Origin: a virus | DNA: 64,000 bases | IMG/VR virus record: IMGVR_UViG_3300011445_000018 | Coordinates: 8,896-72,895 of that record | Reading direction: 5' to 3' (one strand) | In this document: positions 9,988 to 19,934 of the stretch, one piece after another | Layout of the letters: each line of letters begins with the position of its first letter | Numbering within the stretch: position 1 is the stretch's first letter | Notes under the pieces: generated by a model | Told to the model about the DNA's origin: nothing | What the model saw: the letters and a program-made list of their open reading frames with translations, nothing else | Database searches by the model: none | Translations under genes and position numbers: made by a program

Positions 9988-11379
9988 TTAACCAATCAAA
10001 ACAGCACCCAGGTCTGTATCGAGCACCTTGATACCGCACAATAGGTCAACTGTAACCAACACGCCTTGCTGTTCACCATTATAGGTAATGGTTACACGCA
10101 TACCTACATTGGCCATGCTAGCCACACTCGATAGAGCAAGGCCACGAGGAGCAGCAGCCAGAGGACGACTAACTAGTGCCAAAGCATTCCGATGGAATGC
10201 AAAGTTATAGTTAGCAGGCACACCGAAGTTAATCTCAACGTTATCAGCAGCAGCAACTTGCAACGGCTTGTTAAGAGTAATACCAGTGGTATCAGTACCA
10301 GTTTCAGTGGTAGCAATAACACTATATACACCAGCGAGAGGAACCGCAGGTGAACCAGGGGTCGCAAATCTTACCAAGGTGCCAACTGGTACAATACCAA
10401 CAATACCATCAACAACTAGTTCCTTGGAGTATCCGGCGGCGTACCCTGCAGTAAGATTAACAAGACCAACGTCACCAACAGTAACAACAGCATCATCAAG
10501 GACTGCTGCACGGAGAGGTGGAGAAATAGTGACATCGATATCCTGCGTAACAAGAGAGCCTAGAGCAGTAATCTCGTGAGGAATAGCATCTCCAGCAATC
10601 TTTAGCCACATGCCGACTTTCAAAGCTGAACCACCAGTGTCAACGTGAACGACTGTCGTTCCAGCAGCATAACCACCAACCAAGTCAACCAATGGTGAAG
10701 TGCCACCGAGCACAGGAGCACCAATCGTTGACGGTGCGTTCTGCGACATGAAAGTCTGAAACTGGAACTTTCTACCAAGAGAAGCTTCACGCAAAGCAGA
10801 GCCATTATCACCGACCTTATCTGCTTCATGAAACGTTCCAGTTTGCAACGCAATGGCTTCAGTATTAGGCGTAAGAATCAGGTTACGACCTGTCTCGTAC
10901 GCCTTGTTGATATTCATACGCTTTCGCGTTTCAACAATATACTGAATGATATTGCTAGTGGTAAGTCCACCAGCAATACCTTCCGCGTTCATAAGGAACT
11001 GATGACTTTCACCAAGCAAGCACAAATCAACTGCACGAGCGATCGAGGTGACAGCGGGATTGAGATACTCGTCCCGAAGCATCTTAAAGCTCTTGCTTTC
11101 CTCACCATCCTTAATCATGAAGGATGTGTGGAAATGCTGATCCAACGGAACCGGAATATTGGTAGCGTTAGCATTTTGAATGATAACACTATCAGCATCC
11201 ACCTTACGTTTTGCAGTGAACTCCGCAGGCTGGCGAGTGTGAACAATATCACCGAATCTCGCTACCAATGGTGAGAAGTCAGTGTGAACAAGGTTAGCAA
11301 TAACCATGTTCTCAACCAGAATAGCAATCGACTCATTAGCCCAAAGTTCTGGTATATATGCGTCCAACGAATTAGCCAT
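9988..11379 (-). CDS. major capsid protein (P22-coat-like) with inserted beta domains
   Basis: MANS...IPELWA.E....L..N.V...LV..DF...GD.V...P; C-terminal AFH.NA.ALV.RPL...D.L.G...LD. Confidence 0.9.
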   Translation of the reverse strand: MANSLDAYIPELWANESIAILVENMVIANLVHTDFSPLVARFGDIVHTRQPAEFTAKRKVDADSVIIQNANATNIPVPLDQHFHTSFMIKDGEESKSFKMLRDEYLNPAVTSIARAVDLCLLGESHQFLMNAEGIAGGLTTSNIIQYIVETRKRMNINKAYETGRNLILTPNTEAIALQTGTFHEADKVGDNGSALREASLGRKFQFQTFMSQNAPSTIGAPVLGGTSPLVDLVGGYAAGTTVVHVDTGGSALKVGMWLKIAGDAIPHEITALGSLVTQDIDVTISPPLRAAVLDDAVVTVGDVGLVNLTAGYAAGYSKELVVDGIVGIVPVGTLVRFATPGSPAVPLAGVYSVIATTETGTDTTGITLNKPLQVAAADNVEINFGVPANYNFAFHRNALALVSRPLAAAPRGLALSSVASMANVGMRVTITYNGEQQGVLVTVDLLCGIKVLDTDLGAVLIG

Positions 11380-11389
11380 TTAACGGCTC

Positions 11390-12133
11390 CTATTTCAGTT
11401 TGGAAATGTCGAGGTCAGGATTCTCTTTCCGCCATTTGGCGTATTTAACCGGATCTGACATAACCTCTTTCATTTTCGCTGGTGGTGCAGACCCGTCAGC
11501 ACCACGCGATCCTCCTGTACCGCTTACTGCGGTACCTTTAAACAGGTTTCCATATTTGTCGGACAATTCTTTCATTCTTTTAATAGCATCGTTCGGAGCA
11601 AGCTCCAATACCACGTTTTTGCCATCATCAGTCACATCACTGAATTTAATAATTGGTTGATACCGACCTGTAGGACGGCCGTTCTCCAGAACCTCGGATA
11701 GCTCGGTTCTATTTCTCAGTAAATCAACAATTTGACTGGGATGTAAAGCTTCACCTTCAATTGCAGCATCTTGCAAAGATCGCTCAATCGTTGAAGATGT
11801 GTACAAACCTTTCCAACGTTCATTATCTTGTTTGAACGTATTCAATTCGTTTTCGTACTGCTTACGTGTTTTCTCTGATTCGCGTTTTGCTAATTCCTCT
11901 TTTGTTAAATATTGCTGTTCAAGTTGGGTAATACGTTGTTGTAATTCATCACGCTGCTCTTGTGTAAGATGCGTGTTTTGCTTTAATTGTTCAAGTTGTG
12001 TTACTAGTTCGGAATTCTGCTGAGTAAGCTTACGGCGGTTTTCCGCCATCATGGCATTCATTTCTTCCTGCAAGCCATGCTCAGCAACTAGTTCAGATAA
12101 TTTAGGTTTTTTAACTTCTTCACTAGTAGACAT
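11390..12133 (-). CDS. capsid scaffolding protein
   Basis: Coiled coil, then LFK...GTGGS, then a short C-terminal helix; directly upstream of the capsid gene. Confidence 0.75.
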   Translation of the reverse strand: MSTSEEVKKPKLSELVAEHGLQEEMNAMMAENRRKLTQQNSELVTQLEQLKQNTHLTQEQRDELQQRITQLEQQYLTKEELAKRESEKTRKQYENELNTFKQDNERWKGLYTSSTIERSLQDAAIEGEALHPSQIVDLLRNRTELSEVLENGRPTGRYQPIIKFSDVTDDGKNVVLELAPNDAIKRMKELSDKYGNLFKGTAVSGTGGSRGADGSAPPAKMKEVMSDPVKYAKWRKENPDLDISKLK

Positions 12134-12134
12134 A

Positions 12135-12917
12135 TTAATTAACCCTACTTAAATTTACTTGCCTTGAATCACGTAAAAACGCTTTCAAGTATTCCCAAGC
12201 TTCTATACTTGGTATACCAGCACGAAGATGTTCATTTACATATGAACCTTGATACGATGTCTTGACTCCTGAATAAGATTCAGACATTACACCTAATGAT
12301 TGTGCTTCTATTTCATTTTCCACTCCTTCCAAGAATTTGATAGCTATTTCATAAGCAGCATATTCGATTTCCACGGGAATGGTTGTATCATTACCTCGTG
12401 GAAATTGAAGATTTTGATCCTCACTATTTTTATCATTACAATAATTCAACTTATCTATTGCACGTGCAGCCGCGATTAAGGCAGTCTGTCTATCCTTAAT
12501 AGTTGCGTTGACCCATACATCTGAAAATAGTCTGTTATCGAAATATAAATCAGCAGCGGTAAGAGTACCATAATATTCAAAATCATCAACAATGCTAGTT
12601 CCAGCACTGCTAATATTAACAACTATAGCAGGTACATTGGCATCTCGTTCGCTGGTCTTAAAAGCGAAATGTAATGGTATGGCATCAGCATGAACTATCA
12701 TTATGCCAATTAGATTGCCATCGGTCTCATTACCATTAAAATTAACAGTCCATTGACCATTGCCTTTGTATGTTGGTATATGCGTAGCAGCGAACTGTAT
12801 ACCATCATCAATAGTTAAAAAGACATTAACGGTACCAGTGATAATAATATCACCAGTTGACTTATTTACTAAGCCAAATGGGAAACCACTTAATGCTTCG
12901 CCTCTAAAAAACTCCAT
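12135..12917 (-). CDS. head-tail connector (DnaT-like family) with an extra N-terminal domain
   Basis: Motif Y.TL..AD.YF..RL....W...AL..A.R.ID.L...Q.LQFPR...IP.EI..A. Confidence 0.7.
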   Translation of the reverse strand: MEFFRGEALSGFPFGLVNKSTGDIIITGTVNVFLTIDDGIQFAATHIPTYKGNGQWTVNFNGNETDGNLIGIMIVHADAIPLHFAFKTSERDANVPAIVVNISSAGTSIVDDFEYYGTLTAADLYFDNRLFSDVWVNATIKDRQTALIAAARAIDKLNYCNDKNSEDQNLQFPRGNDTTIPVEIEYAAYEIAIKFLEGVENEIEAQSLGVMSESYSGVKTSYQGSYVNEHLRAGIPSIEAWEYLKAFLRDSRQVNLSRVN

Positions 12918-14454
12918 CGAGTATTACTCCAGTTTTATGCATTCTGTACGGTAGGAATTGTCCTATGTCCGACAGATTGCAATCTGTTAATGCTAGAACA
13001 TTAACATTAACAGCAAGCTTTCTGTTTCGTTTAATTTCCGCAGATACCGATGTCGAGCAAATTATCGAAGCGATAAGACTCTTACGTAAAACAATATTAA
13101 CACTAACACTACCAGTAGTATTTATATCACCAACAATACCAATACGTTTTATTAAAGCAGCACTCATTGTGCCGCTAACAACTATATCTCCTGTAAGTGT
13201 ACCGCCTTTACTAACATTAGCAACTAAATTACCTGTTACATTTATAACACCGACTAATTGTATTGTACGTATTAATAGGGCCGTTACCGTGGCGTTCGCT
13301 GTTACAATAGCTGCTAAAAATGTCTTTTCACTTAGGTCAACTGTAACAAGGGCCGATGCACTTATGTCCGCCGCTAAATAACTTCTCTCTATTAGGTTCG
13401 CTGTTACAAGTGCCGATGTATTAACATCAGCAACTAGTGCTTTGCGTCTTGTTAAATTCGCCGTAACAAGTGCTGAGGAAGTTATATTTCCTTCTAAGGA
13501 CGTTGCTCCAGAGAATTCAACTACAACAAGGGCCGATGTATTTATATCCGCTACTAAGGATAAATGTTTTGTTAAGGTTGCGGTCGCAAGTGCATTGGCC
13601 GTTATATCAGCTGATAAAGTTGTATGTTTTATTAAGTTCGCGGTAACAGATGCATTAGTTGTTATATTTGCTAAGAGTGGAATACCGCCACTAATATCAG
13701 CGACCAAGAATGCTGTTGCATTTATATCCGCTTGTAACGTTGTACGTTTTGTTAGAACAGCGGTCGCAAGTGCGTTCGCTGTTACAGTGGCAGCTAAAAA
13801 TGTCCTTTCATCAAGAGCCGCAGTTACTAAAGCATTAGTTGTTATATCTGCTTGTAACGTTATGCTTTTTGTTAAAGATGCTGTTACAAGTGCATTGGCT
13901 GTTATATCAGCAGTTAAGAATGTTTTCTCTGTTAGAGACGCTGTTACAAGTGCATTGGTTGTTATATTTGCTGCTAAAGATAAATGTTTTGTTAAGACAG
14001 CGGTCGCAAGTGCATTGGCCGTTACAGTGGCCGCTAGAAACGTTTTCTCTGATATGTCCGCTGTTACAAGTGCATTAGTTGTTACAGCGGCAGCTAAAAA
14101 TGTCTTTTCCGATATATCCGCTGTTACAAGTGCATTAGCTGTTATAGCAGCAGCTAGGAATGTTTTCTCTGTTAAGGATGCTACAACAAATGCATTCGTT
14201 GTTATAGCAGCAGCTAAAAATGTCCTTTCTGATATGTCTGCTGTTACAAGTGCATTTGTTGTTACAGCAGCAGCTAAAAATGTTCTCTCTGTTAGAGATG
14301 CTACAACAAATGCATTAGTTGTTATATTTGCTTCTAGTGATTCAGTTACTCCTGCTGCTACTGAACCAGCAGCACCTAACGCACCAAGTGGAAACGGATA
14401 TCTGTATCCACTTAATGGGGCAGGTGATCCACCAAATATAACTAACAGTGTCAC
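12904..14454 (-). CDS. virion fibre/stalk protein with 20-aa tandem repeats
   Basis: More than 20 repeats like FLAAAVTTNALVTADISEKT. Confidence 0.7.
   Translation of the reverse strand: MTLLVIFGGSPAPLSGYRYPFPLGALGAAGSVAAGVTESLEANITTNAFVVASLTERTFLAAAVTTNALVTADISERTFLAAAITTNAFVVASLTEKTFLAAAITANALVTADISEKTFLAAAVTTNALVTADISEKTFLAATVTANALATAVLTKHLSLAANITTNALVTASLTEKTFLTADITANALVTASLTKSITLQADITTNALVTAALDERTFLAATVTANALATAVLTKRTTLQADINATAFLVADISGGIPLLANITTNASVTANLIKHTTLSADITANALATATLTKHLSLVADINTSALVVVEFSGATSLEGNITSSALVTANLTRRKALVADVNTSALVTANLIERSYLAADISASALVTVDLSEKTFLAAIVTANATVTALLIRTIQLVGVINVTGNLVANVSKGGTLTGDIVVSGTMSAALIKRIGIVGDINTTGSVSVNIVLRKSLIASIICSTSVSAEIKRNRKLAVNVNVLALTDCNLSDIGQFLPYRMHKTGVILDGVF
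13200..14340. repeat. 60-bp period coding tandem repeat
   Basis: GTTACAAGTGCATT..TGTTA aligns across consecutive 60-nt lines. Confidence 0.9.
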
Positions 14455-15239
14455 TAATTTGCCCCTGTTATTACTTCGGCAGCCGCATCAGATGTTAATG
14501 GTTTGGTTACATGAGGTGTGGTACCATTTGTTCTATAAATAATCAAATCACCAGGACTATCTTCTGTGCTCCATTCCAAACCAAGCAAAATAATAGTCCC
14601 TAAGCAATGCTCAGGCATAAAAGTCTCTACAAAACTTACATTGCGAGAATTAACAGTATCAGCCAATACCTCTGGAACATGCATACCCTCAGGCAATTTA
14701 ATGATAAAGGTATCAGTGTTATCTGGTGCAACGTTCCAATCAGGAACCACCGTAGCCGTTTGTGTACTACCAACATAATCCGAAATTATTCTCGCTTCAA
14801 CGTTACCATCAATAAGAACTAAAGCTAACATGCCATTATAAAAATCATCTATTGGAGATGCAGAAGCATCTAGCACAACAGTGCTCGTTGATGATCCAGC
14901 ACTGGCCGATGTACCAGCACGAATTGTTACAAGCTTCCGTGGACTAAAAGTAAAAACAGTTGTTTTGGCCCCTGTACTTTTGATAATAATAGCAATGGTA
15001 TCTGCTGATAATTCTGAACCTGTTAAAATTAAATAACTTATACCACTGGACGTTGCAATTTCAACCGCTTCATTTGTACAATCAACAAATTCATCACCAT
15101 TCTTAGATATTTCCGAATCAGGCGAACTGGGTGAAACTGGATCACCATCTGCATCCAAAAGTGGAAATTTAAGTACATATGGAACGCCATACACTGGATA
15201 AGGCAAAGCGTTATTTCGGAATGCAGTTACTTCAGCCAT
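14454..15239 (-). CDS. virion structural protein (fibre/collar-associated)
   Basis: Motifs ISKNG..F....N...EI...G.Y.L.LT and DDFYNG...R.I.DY.G.T..ATV. Confidence 0.6.
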   Translation of the reverse strand: MAEVTAFRNNALPYPVYGVPYVLKFPLLDADGDPVSPSSPDSEISKNGDEFVDCTNEAVEIATSSGISYLILTGSELSADTIAIIIKSTGAKTTVFTFSPRKLVTIRAGTSASAGSSTSTVVLDASASPIDDFYNGMLALVLIDGNVEARIISDYVGSTQTATVVPDWNVAPDNTDTFIIKLPEGMHVPEVLADTVNSRNVSFVETFMPEHCLGTIILLGLEWSTEDSPGDLIIYRTNGTTPHVTKPLTSDAAAEVITGAN

Positions 15240-15959
15240 TTACCATACCCTTGTATATAAGCCACTAAGACTATGTGCAAATTGCACTCCACCCATTCGC
15301 TTGACGGCTGGATGTCCACCTGCAACTGCCGCCGCCTTAAAGCTGGCGATCCGCACTGCTGGAAAACCTGAATCCGTCCAACTCCACGTGGGATTGATGG
15401 CTGCCGCTGTCGTCTGGATAAAATACGCACCATATCCGGCGATATTGACGCCTGCGGAATAGTCCCGAAAACCTCCGATTGTGAAACCAGAGTTGATGGA
15501 CACACCCGCACCGCCGGGGGCAGTATTCAGAGCCATGTTCGCAATAATCACTTCTCCGTTTTCGGCTGGTGTAATCGAACCCGGTTGAACACTTGTCACA
15601 GAAGACGCAGTAGTTCCGTTCTCGGCGTCAAATGCTGATGACAGAGCCGCCCCCGCAAAACCGTGTGCTACAAACGTTGTGTAAACGGCGGAACCACTTA
15701 CCGTAAATGTGTGGCCCGTACCAACTGTGGGATTCAGTGCGTAATAGATTCTCGCGGCATTATCGCCGTTTACTGATTCCGTTAGCGGCGTCCAAGTGTT
15801 GCCTTTACTGTCCGACACAGTTGGTACATCACCGCCACCGTACCGGCTGACGCTAATAAAAAGTATGTCTGCACCCGTACTGTTGGCAGCGTTACTAGCC
15901 CCTCCAGGTGCTCCAGGTGATGCTGGGCCAAGTTGTGAAAAGACGTGCGTGATTGTCAT
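15240..15959 (-). CDS. virion structural beta-rich protein
   Basis: VSDSKGNTWT, Gly/Ser/Thr-rich, coupled within the operon. Confidence 0.55.
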   Translation of the reverse strand: MTITHVFSQLGPASPGAPGGASNAANSTGADILFISVSRYGGGDVPTVSDSKGNTWTPLTESVNGDNAARIYYALNPTVGTGHTFTVSGSAVYTTFVAHGFAGAALSSAFDAENGTTASSVTSVQPGSITPAENGEVIIANMALNTAPGGAGVSINSGFTIGGFRDYSAGVNIAGYGAYFIQTTAAAINPTWSWTDSGFPAVRIASFKAAAVAGGHPAVKRMGGVQFAHSLSGLYTRVW

Positions 15960-16423
15960 TACGAAATAGTTGCGATTAACGAATCAAGTACGGTGCGATA
16001 GGTAGTCGTTGAAGCGGCTGAAAATGTCAGTGCAGAAGATGGAGTTGTATTGCCAGTCGGGAATCGGAACGCGGCCTTGTACTGCTGACCACCAACTGTC
16101 ATCTCAGGTACGTTCGTACGTAACCAATCGAGCGTCGCGACAATCTGCGTTCGCACGGCCACCAGTTCGGCGAGCGGGTCAGCCATCTGGGACTGCTTTT
16201 CAACGATCATATAATTTGCAAGACCGGTTACTGCCGCTGCTGAGATCAAGAAATTATTGGCACCAACAAGGACGTCAAAGTATCTCCTAACTATATCCAT
16301 ATTAAGTGATCCGGCAGCGGCAAAGTCCCGTTGCTGTTGAGTAATCTCTTTTAATATGGCTACCTTTTGATCAACTTCCGTTAACCAAGTGGATAGTGTT
16401 TTCAGTGTCGCCGTGTACGCCAT
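15959..16423 (-). CDS. hypothetical protein
   Basis: Purine-rich RBS; coupled to the next gene. Confidence 0.6.
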   Translation of the reverse strand: MAYTATLKTLSTWLTEVDQKVAILKEITQQQRDFAAAGSLNMDIVRRYFDVLVGANNFLISAAAVTGLANYMIVEKQSQMADPLAELVAVRTQIVATLDWLRTNVPEMTVGGQQYKAAFRFPTGNTTPSSALTFSAASTTTYRTVLDSLIATIS

Positions 16424-16515
16424 TTTACTTCATTCCCTTCCGCCTTTAGTGAAACTCCCCGCCGCACGGGATTTTCGCGTCACGTGCTCGTGCGGACAGG
16501 GAGGATGAAAAGTCG

Positions 16516-19026
16516 TCAGCCTTTGTTCTTCAGCTTTGCTTCAACCGATGTCAGTCGTTTTTCCATCGCCGCAATAGTCGTCTTCAGCGTTTCCACTACT
16601 ACCTCCAGTGCGGCAATCCGTGTCTCTAGCGTTGTCTTGAGCGTTACTACTAGAGCCTCAAGCGTTGTTACCCGCTTCTCCAGGTCGGTGGGTGGTGGCG
16701 GCGGGGGAGGGTCAACGGGCTTCACTAGCACGTTCACAACCAGACTCGACGTCCCCGTGCTCTTGCTGTCGCTGAATGAGAACTCCCACAAGTACACCCG
16801 TGCCCCGGCTGGATAGTGGAAATCCACCGAGGCGAAGTTACCAGTGCCGCTTGCAGAGTTGATTGGAGTACCACCACCGTAACTGTACCGAACGTTCCAA
16901 AGCAACTCGTCGTTATCGAGGTCGCTCGCGGATGCCGAGTAGTTGACGCTGGTCGATTCGTACACGGGTGGAGGAGGATTGATCGTGATCGCGGTCACGA
17001 GCGGTACCCGATTCTCGGTCGGTGGCGGAGGAGGGGGCGGAGGAGGTGCATCGCTTTCGAGTACCACACCCGTGACGCCTTCAAGCTTCGTGGCACCGGG
17101 CGGAGTCTCGTGAACCCCGAACACGTAATAGTTCTTCCCCGTGCCTTGCCAATTTAAGAGCCGCTTGTTACTGGTGAGTGCCGTGCCGGGTGCCGATACA
17201 CCGTGACCGATAATGAGCTTCTTCACCCCTTCCAGTTTCGTGCCGTCGATTAACAGCGGGAACGGATCGGGATGCAGCAGTCCACCCCAGTTGACGTCAA
17301 TCCCACGGCTCTTAATTCTGCCACCCTTGGCAATCGTCCAGGCAACTGCGTCGAGCATACCAGTAGCAAAGCCTTCGATCTCGACGTTCTCCAATATTAC
17401 TCCGCTGGTGTATCCGAGTGAGCTATGCACACCCTCGTTTTGGATATTTGGCAAAAAGACAGTTGGTTCGATATCGGAGTTGTCGTTGAGGAGCTTGCTA
17501 TTGCGGAGTGTGAGAAACGCCGCTTCGCCGTTGCCGCAAAACACCCCTTTTTCGCCAGCGTTGAGCACCGTCAAATCGTCCATGTACCAATCTTCTGGTG
17601 TGTTCCAAATTTCAACACCCTTCATGCAACTCCAGGCAAGGTTGTTTTTGGTGCTGATGAACTTGGTCAGCGTGGGATTCAGTGGTGTATCATTCTCACC
17701 GCCAGGGACGCTTGGGACACTACGGTTGAATACTTGCTGACGGTGCGGAATTGAATAGCCGACCGCTGAACAAAGAGCGACGTTGCCCTCAATCGTGTGC
17801 TGACTGCCGTGAAACCAAAAAGGCGATCCTTCGCTACCCGGTGCGAAGTTATCAATCGGGAGTAGGTTGAACTTGCCGTTGAGTCCGTTGCCCCGGCAGT
17901 AGGCACCAAGGTTATTCAGGTACTTGCCGCGAACCTCATAACCGTCCTCCGTCACGAAACACGCACCCACGAAGTTGTAGGCGACATTGTCCTGCACTAG
18001 GAGGTCGTGCGTTCCGTGTTGAACAATTCCCCATTTTGCAATATCAGAACCATTAAGATAATTCCCGACAGCACGACCAGTATATCCGCCCCAATCAGAA
18101 TGTCCATGTACATGGTGCCAATGGAGAGCATATCTAGCAATTTGATTAGTGCCCACATGCATACTATTCCCATCAAAATTATTTATATGCTTTGGAAGTG
18201 TACGACCTAATCCTACGTAACTTGTATAGTATGTAGAAACGTGAGCACTGTCAATGAACATCACATGTCCGCGAGTACCGTTAGGATTCTCTGATTCGAT
18301 AACGATATTGCGAGTGGCATTGGCGACGTAGGGCAGCATCCCAAAGACCACGCGATGCTCAAAGTCGAGCGGCTTGGAAAGTGTCACTGTCTGGCCGTTA
18401 ATGGCTTTGATGGTGACACTAGTTTCCTCTCGTACTGGCCGATCATTCTCATTGCCAAAAAAGTATTGCAGCCGCGTATCGTGGAATAGAAGATTGTCAC
18501 CAATCTGCCAATTACATGGTGCAGTTAAGACAATTTCAGTAGCCTTGGCTTCCACGGGTTGAAATGTATTAAATCCCCTATCTAATTTACGTCCATAAGA
18601 TAGGTACTGTCCCAGCACCATTAACCCATTGCCAAATTGCTCTGGATCAGGTCCAAGTGCTCCATCTACGCCTGTTAGTAATGGTACATCCTTAAATGTT
18701 ATATTTACTTTCCTAAGTACAGGGTCCGTTTCGCTACCGATATCTAAAGTCCCTCCAGGCAAGACCTGGATATTGATCGTCTTAATCGTCGTATCGGCGG
18801 TACGACTAATCTTTGCTGTCCCCGCAATCTCAATTACCTCATTGTCAACCGTCGTAGGAAGGGTAACCGTTGTATTAGCGGGGATGGTGAGTACGTTCTT
18901 ATACAACTTACTCATACGTGGAACCTTACTTCCGCCCTTACCAATGATCTCCACTTGTCCGAAGCAGGTAGAACCTACACATAACCACAAAATAAATACT
19001 AAACGATACATAGTTTTTCCTTTCAT
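16516..19026 (-). CDS. secreted G8-domain / parallel beta-helix protein with Pro linkers, an Ig-like domain and a C-terminal coiled coil
   Basis: Signal peptide MYRLVFILWLCVGSTCFG; motifs GG.L.IG, W..GD, VANATRNI, RGHVMF, ARYALHWHH, EDGYE. Confidence 0.75.
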   Translation of the reverse strand: MKGKTMYRLVFILWLCVGSTCFGQVEIIGKGGSKVPRMSKLYKNVLTIPANTTVTLPTTVDNEVIEIAGTAKISRTADTTIKTINIQVLPGGTLDIGSETDPVLRKVNITFKDVPLLTGVDGALGPDPEQFGNGLMVLGQYLSYGRKLDRGFNTFQPVEAKATEIVLTAPCNWQIGDNLLFHDTRLQYFFGNENDRPVREETSVTIKAINGQTVTLSKPLDFEHRVVFGMLPYVANATRNIVIESENPNGTRGHVMFIDSAHVSTYYTSYVGLGRTLPKHINNFDGNSMHVGTNQIARYALHWHHVHGHSDWGGYTGRAVGNYLNGSDIAKWGIVQHGTHDLLVQDNVAYNFVGACFVTEDGYEVRGKYLNNLGAYCRGNGLNGKFNLLPIDNFAPGSEGSPFWFHGSQHTIEGNVALCSAVGYSIPHRQQVFNRSVPSVPGGENDTPLNPTLTKFISTKNNLAWSCMKGVEIWNTPEDWYMDDLTVLNAGEKGVFCGNGEAAFLTLRNSKLLNDNSDIEPTVFLPNIQNEGVHSSLGYTSGVILENVEIEGFATGMLDAVAWTIAKGGRIKSRGIDVNWGGLLHPDPFPLLIDGTKLEGVKKLIIGHGVSAPGTALTSNKRLLNWQGTGKNYYVFGVHETPPGATKLEGVTGVVLESDAPPPPPPPPPTENRVPLVTAITINPPPPVYESTSVNYSASASDLDNDELLWNVRYSYGGGTPINSASGTGNFASVDFHYPAGARVYLWEFSFSDSKSTGTSSLVVNVLVKPVDPPPPPPPTDLEKRVTTLEALVVTLKTTLETRIAALEVVVETLKTTIAAMEKRLTSVEAKLKNKG

Positions 19027-19934
19027 CCGCCTACACCTGACATTGCTAAAGGTTGTATTACATCATAAATTAAAACCACGCGACCCAGTTGTCCGCCATT
19101 GTTTCCTGAAGCTCCACCATTACCCGCTACACCTGCGTAATCTATATCAGTGTTATTAGCAGCTGTTGAAGTAGTGGCTTGTGTCGATGTTGTATTTGTA
19201 ACACCAACTACACTATTGCTTCCTCCGCCTCCACCACCGCCCATACGGCTGCCTGAACCAGAGGAACCCTCTCCACCACCACCGCCATGATGTCCGGCAC
19301 CGCCACCACCGCCACCACCATCACTACCTGCTATCGTTCCCCCAGCACCACCTTGATTGGCTGCATCACCCGAGCCGCCCGCACTACCACCACCAGAAGT
19401 TGCATCAGTAGTTGCATTGCCACCATCACCACCGAACCGAGTGCCATCTACATTGCCCGCTTCCCCATCACTTGCTGTTGATCCACCTGTTCCACCAATT
19501 CCACCAGCACCCGTACCACCACCTGTACCACCTACACCGGGACCAGTTCCACCGCTCCCTGTACCGCCTGTGCCGCCCGTTGCTCCACCACCTGCTCCAC
19601 CTGCTCCACCACCTGTACCGCCCCCACCGCCACCACCACCGCCTGAAACAATTAAATAACTGGCGACATTTTTAACAGCACTAAAACCACCGCCACCACC
19701 TGTCCCACCTGCTCCACCTGCGGTTCCACCAGTACCAACAACAACTGTTAAAGACGATATACTTGTTACGTCTAAATCGCCTTTAGTAAATCCTCCACCA
19801 CCACCTGCTCCGCCAGCACCGGAAGCACCACCTGGTGCCCAGCATTTAATCGTGACATTCGTCCCACGAAAATTAGCTGGTTTCGTCCAAGTGGTACCAG
19901 TCGTACCAACGGAATAAGTATCCTTGCGAATCAT
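19023..19934 (-). CDS. glycine-rich fibre protein
   Basis: WT.P...V.I.CW..GG and long poly-Gly runs; ends G.V...Y. Confidence 0.75.
   Translation of the reverse strand: MIRKDTYSVGTTGTTWTKPANFRGTNVTIKCWAPGGASGAGGAGGGGGFTKGDLDVTSISSLTVVVGTGGTAGGAGGTGGGGGFSAVKNVASYLIVSGGGGGGGGGTGGGAGGAGGGATGGTGGTGSGGTGPGVGGTGGGTGAGGIGGTGGSTASDGEAGNVDGTRFGGDGGNATTDATSGGGSAGGSGDAANQGGAGGTIAGSDGGGGGGGAGHHGGGGGEGSSGSGSRMGGGGGGGSNSVVGVTNTTSTQATTSTAANNTDIDYAGVAGNGGASGNNGGQLGRVVLIYDVIQPLAMSGVGG

Noticed and set aside
13442-14542. Long plus-strand ORFs opposite structural genes (also 12965..13381, 3054..3503, 19357..19659)
   Set aside because: Antisense shadows of repetitive or biased codons, without RBS.
16424-16515. 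GC-rich intergenic hairpin as a riboswitch or terminator
   Set aside because: The stem CCGCACGGG/CTCGTGCGG is present, but there is no U-tract on the coding strand and no recognisable aptamer.
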